A DNA stretch of 64,000 nt from assembly GCA_951406725.2 (NCBI GenBank), contig OX597823.1, forward strand, positions 22,692,001 through 22,756,000, written 5' to 3'. This stretch comes from Octopus vulgaris. Lineage: Eukaryota. The position numbers and the translations under genes are program-made. Below are positions 41,478 to 54,617 of the stretch, in pieces; position 1 is the stretch's first letter; each line of letters starts with the position of its first letter. Under the pieces are notes generated by a model. It saw only the letters and a program-made list of their open reading frames with translations. It searched no databases and had not been told where the DNA came from.

Positions 41478-43826
41478 TTAAAATTTTTTTCCTTTCCCTT
41501 GTGAATTTCTCTGTGTCAGTATGTTCGGATGGTTGAGTCTGGGTTTGTACTTTTCAATGAAGAATGTTTCCTTGTTCAGTCTCATTTGTGTTGATGATCC
41601 GAAAGCACATTGGTAAAATGGGAAGATTAAAAATTGTGGCAGTAGTTGCTTTGCGCATTTCTCAATGTGCTCACTAAAAGGTATCATTCTATATTCTGGG
41701 AATGCAATCTGTTGTCGATGCAGTGTGCATCTACACCTGAGTGATAGTCCCGTGGAATCCACGTAGTCCTGGTGGCAGCCCGAGCATTTTATGACATAAA
41801 TTATGTTTTCAGAGGCACAAGTAAAGTTAGATTTGATCTTGAATTTTTGTCCCTCTTTAAAGAGGAATTCTGATCCTTCTAGCAGGTTAGGGCATGTTGC
41901 ACAGTTCGATCTACCACATTTTTTTACTTTTGCATCCGTAATTTCAGAAGACAATTTTGCCTTTGTGAGAATCTTTTTAAGTGATTTAGGCTGTTTGTAG
42001 CTTTTAATGATTTGGTGTATGTTTAGAATTTCCTTTAATTTGGGGTTTTTATGAAGTATCGGTAAATTCTGGGTGATGATGGTGAAGGCTTCTTTGTTTC
42101 TGGGGTTGTATGTAGATATGTAAGGTAGTATTTTCGGGGAAGGTGTGTTGTTGTGTTGAACTTTTCTTAAAGTTTCTATGTTGATTTCTGTTGCACGTCT
42201 GATCCCATCCTCTATGAGTTGAGCTGGGTAATGTCTGTCAATTAGGGTGTTTTTGAGTTCTTGCAGTCTAAAGTTCCTGGTATTTTGTTCTGACACTATT
42301 GTGCATATCCTTCTTGCAAGGTTGAAGGGGATGTTTGTTTTAGTGTGTCTTGGGTGGCATGAATTAAAAAGAAGGTATTGTTTGGCGTCTGTGGCTTTGT
42401 AAAAAATGTCTGTTTCTATTTTAAGGTTAATTTTTTTAATTAGTACATCCAAGAACGGGAGCTCCTTTTGGTTGTATTCCATTGTGAACTGTATATTTAG
42501 GTTTATGCTGTTCAATAGGTTTTTAAATTTTAGGAGTTTATCTATGTTTTCATTCCAGAGAATGAAACAATCGTCTAGGAATCGTTTCCAATTCTCTTTT
42601 ATGTATTGAGAGAGGGAGTTTCCAAAGATTGATAAAGATTCCTGGCAAATGATTATTTCCATGTATCCCATTGTTAAGTTCGCAATGACTGGTGCTGCCC
42701 TTGTACCCATAGCAATTCCGGATTTTTGACGGTAAAATGTATTGTCAAACATGAAGTGGTTATTGTGTAGGATGAATTCAATTGATTTAGTAATGAATTC
42801 TTTACTGATCCTTTTTGGTATTTCTTCCGGAAATTGGTCTAACCAGAACTGTATTGCCTCCAGTCCATAATTATGAGGTATACTGGTATACAAGTTGACT
42901 ACATCAAATGAAACCAGGATTGTTTCTTCCTTGGTTTTTTTTGGAAGGTGGTTTAACATATCTAAGTCATCTCTGATATGGCTATCGATATGTTTAAGGA
43001 AGGGTTTCAGGAGGATGTCCATAAGTAGACTTAGTCTGTGTGTTTCACAGGTTGGGCCAGCTACAATGGGTCGTAGTTTTAGGTCCCCCGGGTTAGGTGT
43101 GTGTATGTATGTCTTTGGTGATTTTTTAATGGTTTCATTTATAATTTGACTTTTATGAATTTTTGGCAGACCATAGAAAAGGCTAGGTTTGCATTTAAAG
43201 TTTGTTAGGAAGTCAATCTCTTTGGTTGTCAGTTCCTTTTCATGGGTTTTAATTAGTGAAGATAGAGTTTTCATTATTTTTTGTGGGGTGTAGTTGGTAA
43301 TTTTTTCATAATGTAGGTTGTCATCAAGCAAGGAAATTACAAGATTTCTGTAGTATGATGTATCCATTATTACAACTGCATTTCCCTTGTCCGCTTCCAT
43401 AATGGTTATATCTTCATCATTTTGAAGTTCTATCAGTTCTTTCCATTGTGTAGTGTTAAAATTTGAGTTAGCTTTCTGTTTATGTATAGTATGGTAGGGA
43501 AAGTTCTCAATGTGGTTACAGAATTCGTCAAGATCTTTATTTCTTCCTCTGTGTGGGATGTGTTCACTTTTGTTCTTGACTAGTGATTCATCTTCAGTAT
43601 TGAAACTGGTTGATGCTTCTGCTAGTCTTAATTTTCTGCAAAATTCTGTTATATTATCCTTGATTTCATTTAGGTTGGCTTTGCGTGGAGTTGGTGTAAA
43701 TTTGAGCCCTTTTGAGAGGATGTCAATTTTTATGTTAGAAAGAGGTTTGGTTGAAAGATTGATTATCTTCGGTTTTTCCTTATTACTAGGTTCCAGCCTG
43801 TGTCCTGGTGTCCCTGGCCCCTGGCT
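41478..43826 (-). CDS. PLE reverse transcriptase / GIY-YIG endonuclease ORF (frame open up to 43937, first ATG only at 43400)
   Basis: PLE N-terminal motifs IINLS..LSKGLKFTPTP and ADKGN; RT motifs FYGLPKIHK, LRPIV, LVSFDVVNLYTSIP, GIAMGT, WKRFLDDCF, LPFLDV; Cys linker CGRSNCATC (Neptune-type); GIY-YIG region NIIYVIKCSGCHQDYVDST..R..H...H...C. The YVD (for YIG/YVG) may impair the nuclease. Confidence 0.93.
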   Translation of the reverse strand, partial: SQGPGTPGHRLEPSNKEKPKIINLSTKPLSNIKIDILSKGLKFTPTPRKANLNEIKDNITEFCRKLRLAEASTSFNTEDESLVKNKSEHIPHRGRNKDLDEFCNHIENFPYHTIHKQKANSNFNTTQWKELIELQNDEDITIMEADKGNAVVIMDTSYYRNLVISLLDDNLHYEKITNYTPQKIMKTLSSLIKTHEKELTTKEIDFLTNFKCKPSLFYGLPKIHKSQIINETIKKSPKTYIHTPNPGDLKLRPIVAGPTCETHRLSLLMDILLKPFLKHIDSHIRDDLDMLNHLPKKTKEETILVSFDVVNLYTSIPHNYGLEAIQFWLDQFPEEIPKRISKEFITKSIEFILHNNHFMFDNTFYRQKSGIAMGTRAAPVIANLTMGYMEIIICQESLSIFGNSLSQYIKENWKRFLDDCFILWNENIDKLLKFKNLLNSINLNIQFTMEYNQKELPFLDVLIKKINLKIETDIFYKATDAKQYLLFNSCHPRHTKTNIPFNLARRICTIVSEQNTRNFRLQELKNTLIDRHYPAQLIEDGIRRATEINIETLRKVQHNNTPSPKILPYISTYNPRNKEAFTIITQNLPILHKNPKLKEILNIHQIIKSYKQPKSLKKILTKAKLSSEITDAKVKKCGRSNCATCPNLLEGSEFLFKEGQKFKIKSNFTCASENIIYVIKCSGCHQDYVDSTGLSLRCRCTLHRQQIAFPEYRMIPFSEHIEKCAKQLLPQFLIFPFYQCAFGSSTQMRLNKETFFIEKYKPRLNHPNILTQRNSQGKGKKF

Positions 43827-45118
43827 AAAAAATGTTGGGTGTAATTTTGTTTGTATGAGTTGTCTGTGAGGTTGTGTGATATTGGGTCGGGGAGGTGGTG
43901 GTATTGTTGCCCCCGATCGTTGTGTGTGTGTGGGAATCTATGGTTGTTTTTGTTTGTGGTGTGAGTAAAATTTCTGTATGGGAAATATTTTTGTTTCGAA
44001 CTGCTTGTATGTGGGATGTTGCTTGACAAAGTGTTTTTTTGCGTTTGTCTTGTGTTTAGTGGGGACCAGTAATTTTGGTTCATGGGGTAGTAGCGACTTG
44101 TGTGTGGTGTATTTCTTATTCTAGTGTCGTTTTGTGCTGTATGGTGGTTGGGTCTGGTATTAGGATGTTGTTGGTGTGTTCTGTTTTTGGTGTAATTTAT
44201 TTCATAGACGCGTCGTCTGTCAGCTAGTTCCCTGTTAGGTCTTGCGTGGTTTGCAAAGGTTGGTTGTGGGTGATTTCTGTTTTTAGTGTATGGAGGATAG
44301 TTGGGGGTTGTTCGTGGGTTGTTTGGTTTTTCTTTTTTATTTTTTGTGATTTTCTTAAGGAAGGGATTATTTGTACCCAATTCATTTTTGAAAGTTGTAC
44401 TATATTTTTGGAAGAAGTCCATGTTTTTCTCCCAGCGCAGGGGAGAATTTCTCTCTTCTTTTTCACAAGTATCCTTCCAATGATCTAATGTATTTTCGAG
44501 GGGTTGTCCCTCGGTATGTTTCAATATTATATTGTGCATCTCCTCGTCGATACTTTTAAATTTTTCCTCATTTGTGAAGGCTCTTAGTCTTAGAAGCTCT
44601 ATTTCTGATCTAAAATTGAACAGAGCTGACTTTTCCCTAATAGTTCTCTGTCCGTCAGGCTCGTTAGGGATTAATTTTATCTGGAATTTGCGTGGGAGGA
44701 TAATTGGTGTTGAGTTCATCCACCCCTCGTAAATATCTGCTTTGTTGGAATTTTTTATCATGTTCCAGAAGGCGAGTTTTCTGTTGTGCAGGTTTGTATT
44801 CCAAATGTTTCCTATTTTTCTTTTTGCTGGGTTAATTCGGGTGCGTATGATGTCCTGCTGTGTTTCGTTTGGTGCGTGTTTATTATTTTCGGATTTGTTG
44901 ATAAGAATTGAATTTAGTGTTGTGTATAACAGTTGCAAATCCTTACTAACCTGGTCAGTGTAGCGAGTTATATCTTCATTGCTTTTACTTTCCCGGGCGA
45001 GTAGGTTTGATTCCTCGATTTTGTTGTTCAGGTTAGAAAGCTGTGTATTAATATTTTTCAGTTCTTTGAGTATATCCTCATTTGTGTTTTTATCCGAGGT
45101 GTTGGTCTTCTGTGGCAT
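43763..45118 (-). CDS. ORF1 of the PLE: ~451 aa, N-terminal coiled coil, basic N/H/T/P-rich disordered C-terminus
   Basis: Uninterrupted ORF. Likely start [10 protein letters not shown] at 45118; the track's longer start lies in a microsatellite. Heptad pattern [21 protein letters not shown]. Overlaps the open RT frame by ~175 nt. Confidence 0.8.
   Translation of the reverse strand: MPQKTNTSDKNTNEDILKELKNINTQLSNLNNKIEESNLLARESKSNEDITRYTDQVSKDLQLLYTTLNSILINKSENNKHAPNETQQDIIRTRINPAKRKIGNIWNTNLHNRKLAFWNMIKNSNKADIYEGWMNSTPIILPRKFQIKLIPNEPDGQRTIREKSALFNFRSEIELLRLRAFTNEEKFKSIDEEMHNIILKHTEGQPLENTLDHWKDTCEKEERNSPLRWEKNMDFFQKYSTTFKNELGTNNPFLKKITKNKKEKPNNPRTTPNYPPYTKNRNHPQPTFANHARPNRELADRRRVYEINYTKNRTHQQHPNTRPNHHTAQNDTRIRNTPHTSRYYPMNQNYWSPLNTRQTQKNTLSSNIPHTSSSKQKYFPYRNFTHTTNKNNHRFPHTHNDRGQQYHHLPDPISHNLTDNSYKQNYTQHFLARGQGHQDTGWNLVIRKNRR
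43826..43832 (-). other. Candidate -1 ribosomal frameshift slippery heptamer U UUU UUA
   Basis: ORF1 codons CAT TTT TTA give X-XXY-YYZ register. The -1 frame continues S-Q-G-P-G-T-P into the RT ORF. A GC-rich segment follows immediately. Confidence 0.7.
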
Positions 45119-45249
45119 TTTCGGTCTCACGTGTTTAATATATGGATAAGAAAGTTGGTTTGTGGTATGTATGTATGTATATATTATGTATACATATGTA
45201 AATATATACATACACACGTACATACATACATATGCATGTATTTATGTAA

Positions 45250-45314
<65 letters not shown>

Positions 45315-45904
45315 CTCGTACGCGTGCAACAGAGTAGTTTCGGCCATGTTTAGAAACTTACATACTTAAATATATACAAACATCCATGCATGTTATATTC
45401 TTATTTGCAAACACACCAAAATCTCGTAATTGTTGACAATAAATTTTCGACATATTTTTTCATGCTTCAGTAAAACATTGCTACCAGTTATAGAGTCTCT
45501 TTCTAGTAGATGGCTAAGTACGTGTTCACGCTCGTTACCACTATCCCGTGTTCAAGAATATCTGAGGAATACCAGAAGAAAAATGATCGTCAAATTTCAA
45601 GAGAAACTATGCAGAAATATGATCGTTAAGTGACAACACAAAGATAAGCAAATTAAGGAAGAAACATCTGGTGGGATAGTCTACAGAGAAAGTTATCTCT
45701 ATGGTAACTAACGTTGAAGTACGACTTACGTCACTAGAACAAGTTAACAGAGAAATACAATATACATATATTGTTTCTACGCTTGTATATGTTGTATATG
45801 TGTACGTGTGGGCTTCCGTCTCTCACGTGCACATTAAACACACGCTCGCACACATACACACACATACAACTATGTATATACAAATATATCCGTTGTGTAT
45901 GTAC

Positions 45905-45965
<61 letters not shown>

Positions 45966-46484
45966 TGTGTATGTGTGTGTGTGTGTGTATGCATGTGGGT
46001 CTTCGTGTGTGTGTGTTAATATATACAATATATACATCAAGACGGCGAACTGGCAGAATCGCTAGCGAATCGAGCAAAATGCCTTGCACTATTAGTTCCA
46101 AACCTTTACGCTCTGAGTTCAAATTCGGGTGAAGTTAACTTTGCCTTTCATGTTTCCGAACTCGGTAAAATTAAATACCAATGCAAGGAATTAGAGGAAT
46201 TGTTGCAACGTTGAACAAAACATTTGGCAGCATTTGTTTCGGCTCTTTATGCTGTAAGCGTCAAGACAGATGAGGTCAATATCTCTATTTCGATTCAGCG
46301 TGACACAAAGTGTGACAAGGCCGGCACTTTGAAATACAGCTACTACTCATTTTTACCAGCTGACTGGACTGAAGCAACGTGAAATAAAGTGTCTTGCTCA
46401 AGGACACAACGCGTCGGTGGGAATTGAACTCACGACCATACGATCATGAGTTGAATGCCCGAATCACTAAGCCACACGCCTTCA

Positions 46485-46867
46485 TCTCTCTATATATAAA
46501 CGGCAGTTTGTCTGTGTGTGTGTCTGTGTGTCTGTCAGGTTGTACCCTCACCCTGACCACGGCCTTCAGCCGAATCTGATGAAACTTGACACACACATAG
46601 CCCAATGTCATAATTCAAAACTAACGCAGCGAAAATTTTGAAAAGTTCCCCCAGTTCTGAAAAGAATCGATAAATTCGACATGGGGTCGAGAATCAGAAA
46701 CACAAACCACAGACTGTCTAGGGGACGCAACTCGACCGTTTTAACTCTCAAAAAAAAATTTACCATAATTTTTTTCCATTTTTTTCTATTTTTTGGCTAT
46801 AACTCTCTAAAAATGCTTTATAGTTATTTCCCTTACAAACCCGAGCAACGCCGAGCGATACTGCTAG
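46485..46867 (+). mobile_element. Non-autonomous Helitron
   Basis: A|TC 5' end; internal (TG/TCTG) microsatellite; subterminal GC-rich imperfect hairpin cccgagcaacgccgagcg; 3' CTAG|T. Confidence 0.75.
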
Positions 46868-46873
46868 TATATA

Positions 46874-46904
<31 letters not shown>

Positions 46905-47078
46905 TACAATTTCTCAGATCTCTAAACAGTCACTCCCTCTTGCAGTGGTATGTTTTAGGGAAAGATGAATTTATAAATTTTTTTCTGCGAGCAGATCTGA
47001 TTTTGATTCGTTAAAAAATTGATGACGTTTTTCTTCCGTGGTCAAGCTTGTCGTTCTGCTTGGTTGGTTTCCTTACAG

Positions 47079-47365
47079 GATACAGTTATGGGTCTTTTCC
47101 TTGTATTCGTTGAAGTTTGGTTTTGATTGGTTTGGAATTATGTGACGTCAGTGAACAATGCCAGTGAACCCACCACTATTGCTGCTACGATCAACAGTCC
47201 TCTACTACTACTACTGCTGCTGCCACGGCCACAGCTTAACTGCTACAACCCCAACCACCACGAAGGTTGCCAAAATTACGACCAACAGTAACGGCTGCTA
47301 GGACAGCCACAAGTTACTACTACTACGACCAACAATCACTACTGTTGCTACCATTGGAACACAAG
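47079..47365 (+). pseudogene. Possible decayed exon of a secreted Thr-rich (mucin-like) protein
   Basis: Acceptor ttccttacag; ATG 47088 with hydrophobic MGLFLVFVEVWF*LVW; Thr/Ala-rich runs split across frames; donor AG|gtaac. Confidence 0.4.
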
Positions 47366-47636
47366 GTAACAAAAAAGCGGTTCCTTTTGATACCAGCAAG
47401 AAACAATAATGAATTTCTTCATCACACTCAACTGTAATATAACAATTATACAAACTACCGACAAAACACCACCACATGGATTCTATTGAGAACAGTAAGA
47501 AACGATTATGAACTTTTCTATTGCCCTTTTTATAATATTTTTGATAAGGTTCGTTTTTTCAAGAACCGAAACATGTAAAATTCATAAGAAAATTAAAATT
47601 TATCTAATATAGTGGCGTTTTCAAACTTCTTTTTTT

Positions 47637-47686
<50 letters not shown>

Positions 47687-47691
47687 CTAGC

Positions 47692-47765
<74 letters not shown>

Positions 47766-47766
47766 T

Positions 47767-47823
<57 letters not shown>

Positions 47824-48059
47824 TATATAAACGAGTTATATTCAGCAGCGTTGATTGACATATAGGTGCGTAGACTTATATTTAATTCGTGCATATTAAA
47901 TAGTGGAAAGAACTGCGGTGCGGAAACTGTCTCGGAAGAGATATTCTCCCTATAGATAAAGTATGTAAACAGCATACCACTGGTCCATGATTGACGTCAT
48001 CGACTGTAGGGTACGTATTTCTGTATCGTCACGGACACATAAATAGGTATGTATATGTA

Positions 48060-48144
<85 letters not shown>

Positions 48145-48700
48145 AAATTAGTATCAGCTCTATTTCTGTTAGCATTTGCGACAGAATCTGAAAAAGAAAG
48201 GGAACGTGTCATCAATAGTTTCGTGCAACTATGACGAACCAACTGGACTTCTAAAGCGATCGATCAAACAATTGATTAGTTAATTTGTTGACTAATAACT
48301 GATTATGTTGTAAAGAAATTAAATACTAGCAACACGCTTGTTTTTATTAAGAAATTGACTCTTCCAAATTACAGCATATGAATGTATAAACATATGTGCG
48401 CGTGTGTTTATGCAAAGATATATGTATCTATCTACCTCTATGTGTATGTGCGTGTGTGTGTGTGTTGTGTGTATATATGTATATGTGTGAGTGTTTGTGT
48501 GTGTGTGTGTGTGCTATGTGTGTATATATATATACATCTAATATAGGATAAAACTTTTCGAAAAAAATTTCATCAATGGCCAGCATATTAAAAATACCTT
48601 TAAAGGTTAAAAATTTAAGGTTCATAAATATATATATATATATATATGTCTGTGTGTGTGTGTGTGTGTGTACATATGTGCGTGTGTGTGTATACATATA

Positions 48701-49760
48701 CAGACATGATAGAAGTAAATAGACACCCCATAAAAACCGTTTATGTTTATTCTAACTTGTAAAGGTTTGTATTTTTTTATTAATTCACATTTCTATGTTT
48801 CAGATATTCTATATGTGGCTGTTTAATCATGCCATGTACAAAAGATGCCTTGAAACTGTCTGAATTTCAAAGAAGCCGTATTGTTGATCGTTCTGAAGGT
48901 GGACATAGTCAGAGTAAAATTGCAGAAAACCTTGGGAAGCCGCTTTCTACGGGTAATAGAGTGATTGTGCAATTCACCGGAGAGGGGAAGGAATCCACAT
49001 CACCTCGCCCAGATCAACAAGAGCCCTCTGATAGGACCCTTCTCTTTGCTAAGAGAAGTGTGGGGGATAATCCTTGTTGCAAACTCTCTGACATAGCAGA
49101 ACAAGTTGATGTCGATCCCAAAACAGTTGTCAGGTATCTCCACGAACTTGGCTAATATGGCAGAGCAGCAAGAAGGAAGCCACTTTGACCATCCAACATC
49201 AAGCGGAGTAAACATTAGGCCTTTGAGATGGTGGAAAGGCTACTAGCATTTTGGAACACTGACATATTCTCTGATGAGTTCAGATTGACTGTATTTCCTG
49301 ACAGTGGTCGAATATTGGTCTGGAGACTGTGATCAAAAATCTGATGTGAAAAAACTGCAGCCAACAATGAAACACGACAGCTATTCTGTGATGGACTGGG
49401 GAGCAATACTTGATCAAAGCTGGTGAAGTGTGAAGGAAACATAAATTCAGATAAATATGTGTCCATATAGCAGAAAAAGACTCCTTCCAATTTTCTCCAG
49501 TGACCAAATGATTAAAGAAGACTTGTCATACGGCTAAAACATCCCTAGATTTATTGGATGAGAATGGCATTAAAACGCTCCCCTGGCCAAGCCAGTCACC
49601 AGATATGAACCCTATTGAACACCTCTGGGACATAATGGACAGGACAATTCATAAAAAGAACAAGAAAGCATCTTCAAAGTCAGACCTTTTTAGATTGATG
49701 CATGAAACTTGTCAAGAAATTCCGCAAAAGAATATTCTTCATCTGATCAGTAGCAAGTCT
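48701..49760 (+). mobile_element. Tc1-family transposon, decayed
   Basis: [13 protein letters not shown] region, ARRKP, IFSDE, WPSQSPDMNPIEHLW; many stops; right end not seen. Confidence 0.88.
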
Positions 49761-50385
49761 AAACATCAAACCTACTTTCATTGGTGGGATATTACATCCT
49801 TCCTCTTCAGACTTTCATGGTCATTGTCCTGCCAAACTCTTAAAGATTTTAACCAGCAAATAATTTCGCTACAAATTATATCAAAGAGATCGCGAATAGC
49901 GACGAAAGAATTTTGACAAACAAACAACCGATTGATTCTTTAACCAACACATTAAACAAACTATCGATTACTTAGCTGGTTAGATGTTAAACCGTTAGAT
50001 ATCTGACTGACAATAAAGAAGTGATATCGGACCAGTGCGTGTGTTTATAATTACTGACGTAATGACCCTCCCGAGGTATAACAAGATTTGTTTCACTACA
50101 CGAATTCACAGCAAGAACCTTGAAAATCAAATCCAAAAGCGATATCAATGTTACTGCATCCAGCTGCAACAAGTGCTTCTCCTCTCCTATGCTTCTTGAA
50201 CATCTTCAAATGCAACTCTTTTCCTTCTTTTTGTTTCTCTTGTAAAGACAAATCTCTATCGATCGTGTTATGGTTTTTGCGACAGCATTTCATTTGATTG
50301 TCTCCTTTTTCTATTGTAACACTCAACAAGTGATTGCTTAAGGCTTGTTTTATTACTAGTTGCATGCTGTCTTGTCAGGAGTGAC

Positions 50386-50424
<39 letters not shown>

Positions 50425-51128
50425 TAAACACACACATACACACATACGCAAGCACGCACACACACACACACAAGCATATACACACGTATACACACACTCA
50501 TATACGCACACGCACATACAAATACGTACACTCACATACACACATACGCACACACACATACACACGCACGCACGTACACACACATACCCACAAATATACA
50601 CATACATATACACACACTCGCGCACACACACACACATATATGTATATACACACACACACACACACACAAATACATAGAAAAGACCATTCCGTAGATACTG
50701 TACAGTTTACATGGAATGGGAATCGACGGAGCTTCTACTGAATTCCAGTGTGTATAAGTGCATCTATGCGTGTGTGTGTGCGCGCGTGTGTGTGTGTGTG
50801 TGTGTGTGTGTGTCTGTGTGTGTGTGTGTGTGTGCGTGTCCGTGTGTGTGTGTGTGTGTGTGTGTGAGCGCGTTTACTCATTTGTTTATATTTGTTTGGT
50901 TTGTCATCAAATCCGATGCTGGACATCTTTTATGGATCTTTTCAAGAATGTACACGCAACGTGCAGATTTGGTCGCAGAAGGAACATGTAAATGTTTGTT
51001 GGGTAGACTAGGTATTAATTTATCTGTATACTTCACTTTTATATAATTTCCTTCCAACAGTTATGCTGTCAAAGGGAACGATAACTAATAGTCTTCTCGT
51101 ACTCCTCTTCAAACTGATCTTCTGCTGG

Positions 51129-51179
51129 TCATTGAATCTCCTTTTCATGTCCTCCAGCTGGGCACCATAGTGTAACTAG
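51129..51179 (-). CDS. Putative terminal coding exon E (LVTLWCPAGGHEKEIQ*)
   Basis: Acceptor ccctctacag, phase 0, ends in TGA. Confidence 0.55.
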   Translation of the reverse strand, partial: LVTLWCPAGGHEKEIQ

Positions 51180-51772
51180 CTGTAGAGGGTCTCATTCAAA
51201 CATGCGTGCAACACGCTCAAGTTATTCAATTTTAAGCTTGTATAGTAGGGAATCAATGACGGTAACGTTTATTCGTCTGATGATTCTATGTAATTCTATC
51301 GCTCCAAGTGACTAAAAAGATCTTCTGGAGACATTTGTGTGTATCATAACTTTATTTCTTGTTTATTAATGAATACAACCTATTATAACAAAATTAATTA
51401 TAGTTAAAACAACGTAAACGTTGTCCGATAGTCATTCGAAAATTACAAGAAACGTATTTAAAATGTTGCTTATATACGTAACTTTATAAGCAACATTTAA
51501 AAGTGGTATCTTTACCTAAGGATACCAATATCACCACAATGTGAAGAAAAAACATTGAAATATAGATAAAATCATGATTTTAAATTTAAAATACCCATCT
51601 ACGTATCATACTTAATTATAAAGACACGCGAGGTATTGTAATTTTCATCCGAAATAAAAAAAAATCTCTTATAGATGTGCCGTGTTAAAAACACAATATA
51701 TATCGGAAGAAGAAAAATCATAACAGCAGCCGGCGAGAAGAAAGATTAACCTTGTCGATGACATGTACTCAC

Positions 51773-51835
51773 AGCCAGATGAGATTTGTCAATTCGAGTG
51801 TAAGATATTCGCTGATATTGCGAATAGCTGCCGAG
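51773..51835 (-). CDS. Exon D (LGSYSQYQRISYTRIDKSHLA)
   Basis: Acceptor atttttattcag, donor gtgagt, 63 nt, phase 0-0. Confidence 0.72.
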
Positions 51836-51979
51836 CTGAATAAAAATCTGGTGTACTCAGCTGAAGCAGTTTTAAATTAAAGTGACCGTGTATGTATCGT
51901 ACTTTAGTATTTATACATCTTTGACGGGTTGGATGCTACTTTGTCGGACGACAATTGCTCAACTTTTCTCTAACATGGA

Positions 51980-52039
<60 letters not shown>

Positions 52040-53270
52040 CTGCAGTAAGTGCATATGAATTCAGGTTCAAGCTAAGCTTTTGATGGAGCGGTGTAATATG
52101 AAATGGATTTCAGATCATCGGAAGTTTAACTTAAAATTGATCCATAAGTAGACTATGAAAGGTTCAAAGTTCGCGTATTAAGCAATGTGTTAAATGGTTT
52201 GATGGCAAACCAGTTAGAACGAAAACCAGAAATCACAGCCGTCACTCATGAGAGGGTATATCTTGCTAGCATGCCTCATGTTTACGCGAATTGCTTTAGG
52301 TGCCAATCAAATGTCAAATACATGGATACACACTCAATCTTCACACCCTTGATCCAACAGAACATCGAGGATACGGCAGCTTGAGGGAGAGTGGGACACA
52401 CCAGTACTCGCTAATCTTAGCTGAGTAGACTAAACTGAACCAATGTGAAAAGAAGTGCTTTGGTCAAGGACACAATGCATCGCTCTGTCTAGGAATAGAA
52501 CCCACAACTTTATGATCCCAACACGAGTATTTATTATAATAGGAGACCATGGGATTGCACTTAGAAAGTTACCCTCCGAGGCACAAGGTTGGGCAAGGTT
52601 GTTTATGGAAGGCTAGCAGTTGCCCACACCACTGATGTTATCAGGCAAAGGCCGATACAGCTTGGCACTAGTAATGTCGCTGAGTTAACTGGAGCAACGT
52701 GAAATAAAATGTCTTGTTCAAGAACATAAAACGCAGCCCGGTCCGGGAATCGAACTCACAACCTCACAATCGTAAGCCCGGTGCTATAACCACTGAGCCA
52801 TGCGCTTTCACTTATTATAATAACAGATATTTAAATATATTAAATTCTCTTTTTAGGGATCTTTTTTTTTTTTTTTTTTTTTGGTGAGGGGGTCATCTTA
52901 TGTGTATGAAAGAGAGAGAAAATAGACAGACATGCAACCAGACTCACAAACAGAGAGAGAAAGAAAGTGGGGGACAGACTATCACGTATACCTTCATAAA
53001 TAGTTTCTAACATGGACACAGGGATAGAAAATGTGGATGAAGAGATTAGACGAGTGTATTAACCGCTGTATCTGACTGGACATTTATCTATTCGAGCTCT
53101 GAAAGAATAAAGGATAAAATTTCACTGGAGGGGAAGTGAACGCAGAACATAAAGATTGGATACAAACATGAAATGTGTTTCTCCAACACGATGTATTTGG
53201 CCCGTCCAACGGATTTGTTTTAATAATTCAATCACCGAACCGATTAGCTACAATGACAGCAAAAATGGCT

Positions 53271-53870
53271 ATTTCTACTCTAGGCACAAGGCCTGAAATT
53301 TTGGAGAGGGTACTAGCTGATTATATCGACCTCAGTGTTTCACTGGTACCTAATTTATTGACCCAGAAAGGATGAAAAGTAAAGTCGACCTCGGCGGAAA
53401 TTGTATTTAGAACGTAGCAACAGACAAAATACTTCTAAGTATTTCGCTTGGCGTGCTAACGTTTTTTTAATTTCTTTATTGCCCACAAGGGGCTAAACAT
53501 AGAGGGAGCAAACAAGGACAGACAAAGGGATTAAGTCGATTACATCAACCCCAGTGCGTAACTGGTACTTAATTTATCGACGCCGAAAGGATGAAAGGCA
53601 AAGTGGACCTCGGCGGAATTTGAGCTCAGGACGTAGCGGCAGACGAAATACCTATTTCTTTATTACCCACAAGGGGCTAAACACAAAGGGGACAAACAAG
53701 GACAAACAAACGGATTAAGTCGATTACATCGACCCCAGTGCGTAACTGGTATTTAATTTATCGACCCCGAAAGGATGAACGGCAAAGTTGACCTCGGCGG
53801 AATTTGAACTCAGAACGTAACAGCAGACGAAATACGGCTACGTGCTAACGTTTCTGCCAGCTCGCCGCCT
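53271..53870 (-). mobile_element. SINE family B, trimer
   Basis: Same three-unit order as 28924-29518. Confidence 0.85.
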
Positions 53871-54300
53871 TACAAAAATAAAGCAAAGAAAACCAAGCAA
53901 TGTTGAATTCTAACAAAGGCACCAGCCGACAAATTTTGGAGAATAGAGAGATACATTTGATTAAATCTACCCCCAGTGCTTAACTGACAATTTGTTACAT
54001 TTTTTAAAAAAATAATAAATAAAGGAAAATTCGATTTATGTGGAATTTGAACGCAGAACATAAAAATATGCTTGATATTAGCATCGCCTCCTGACCCGCA
54101 CACAAATGATTGTACCAATAACTCTAATTGAATAAGTATATTCAATTAGCGTGTGATTTCTGTTTCTTTCGCCAAGTTGGATTATTCAAGCCTAGGGCTA
54201 AACAACAAAAATAATTACCACGCCTAGCGAGAAAAGTAGCTTTGATAATGTGACTAATTACTTACGCTTCACTATATTATGACATCTAATAATAGCAAGC

Positions 54301-54343
<43 letters not shown>

Positions 54344-54617
54344 TGAGTACATACAATGCGTGCTTGTTTGTATGTATGTTTGTTGTATGTGTGCGAGTGG
54401 GCGGATTTATCCTAGTGTGTATGTGTGTGTGTGTGGGCTCGCGCGTGTGTGTACGAAACGAGAACAATAAATAATACGGAAAGCATAATACCAAAAAAGA
54501 AAAAAAAAAAAAATCTTTTAATACGTTCAGCAAGAAAATTGTTCTGGCGAACACTTGACTCAGAACGTTATGTCATACTACTATTGTTTAGTAATTAGTT
54601 CGTACGTGTGTGCTTAC

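Larger units (their letters stand above)
41195..45165 (-). mobile_element. Penelope-like retroelement, Neptune-type (ORF1 + RT + Zn-linker + GIY-YIG), near full-length
   Basis: Contains both ORFs listed below and a 3' hammerhead-like motif. Bounded by (TA)n/(TATG)n tracts; ends approximate. Confidence 0.92.

Noticed and set aside
50096-50365. 89-aa minus-strand ORF
   Set aside because: Faint resemblance to a LINE ORF1 tail only; no splice or domain support.
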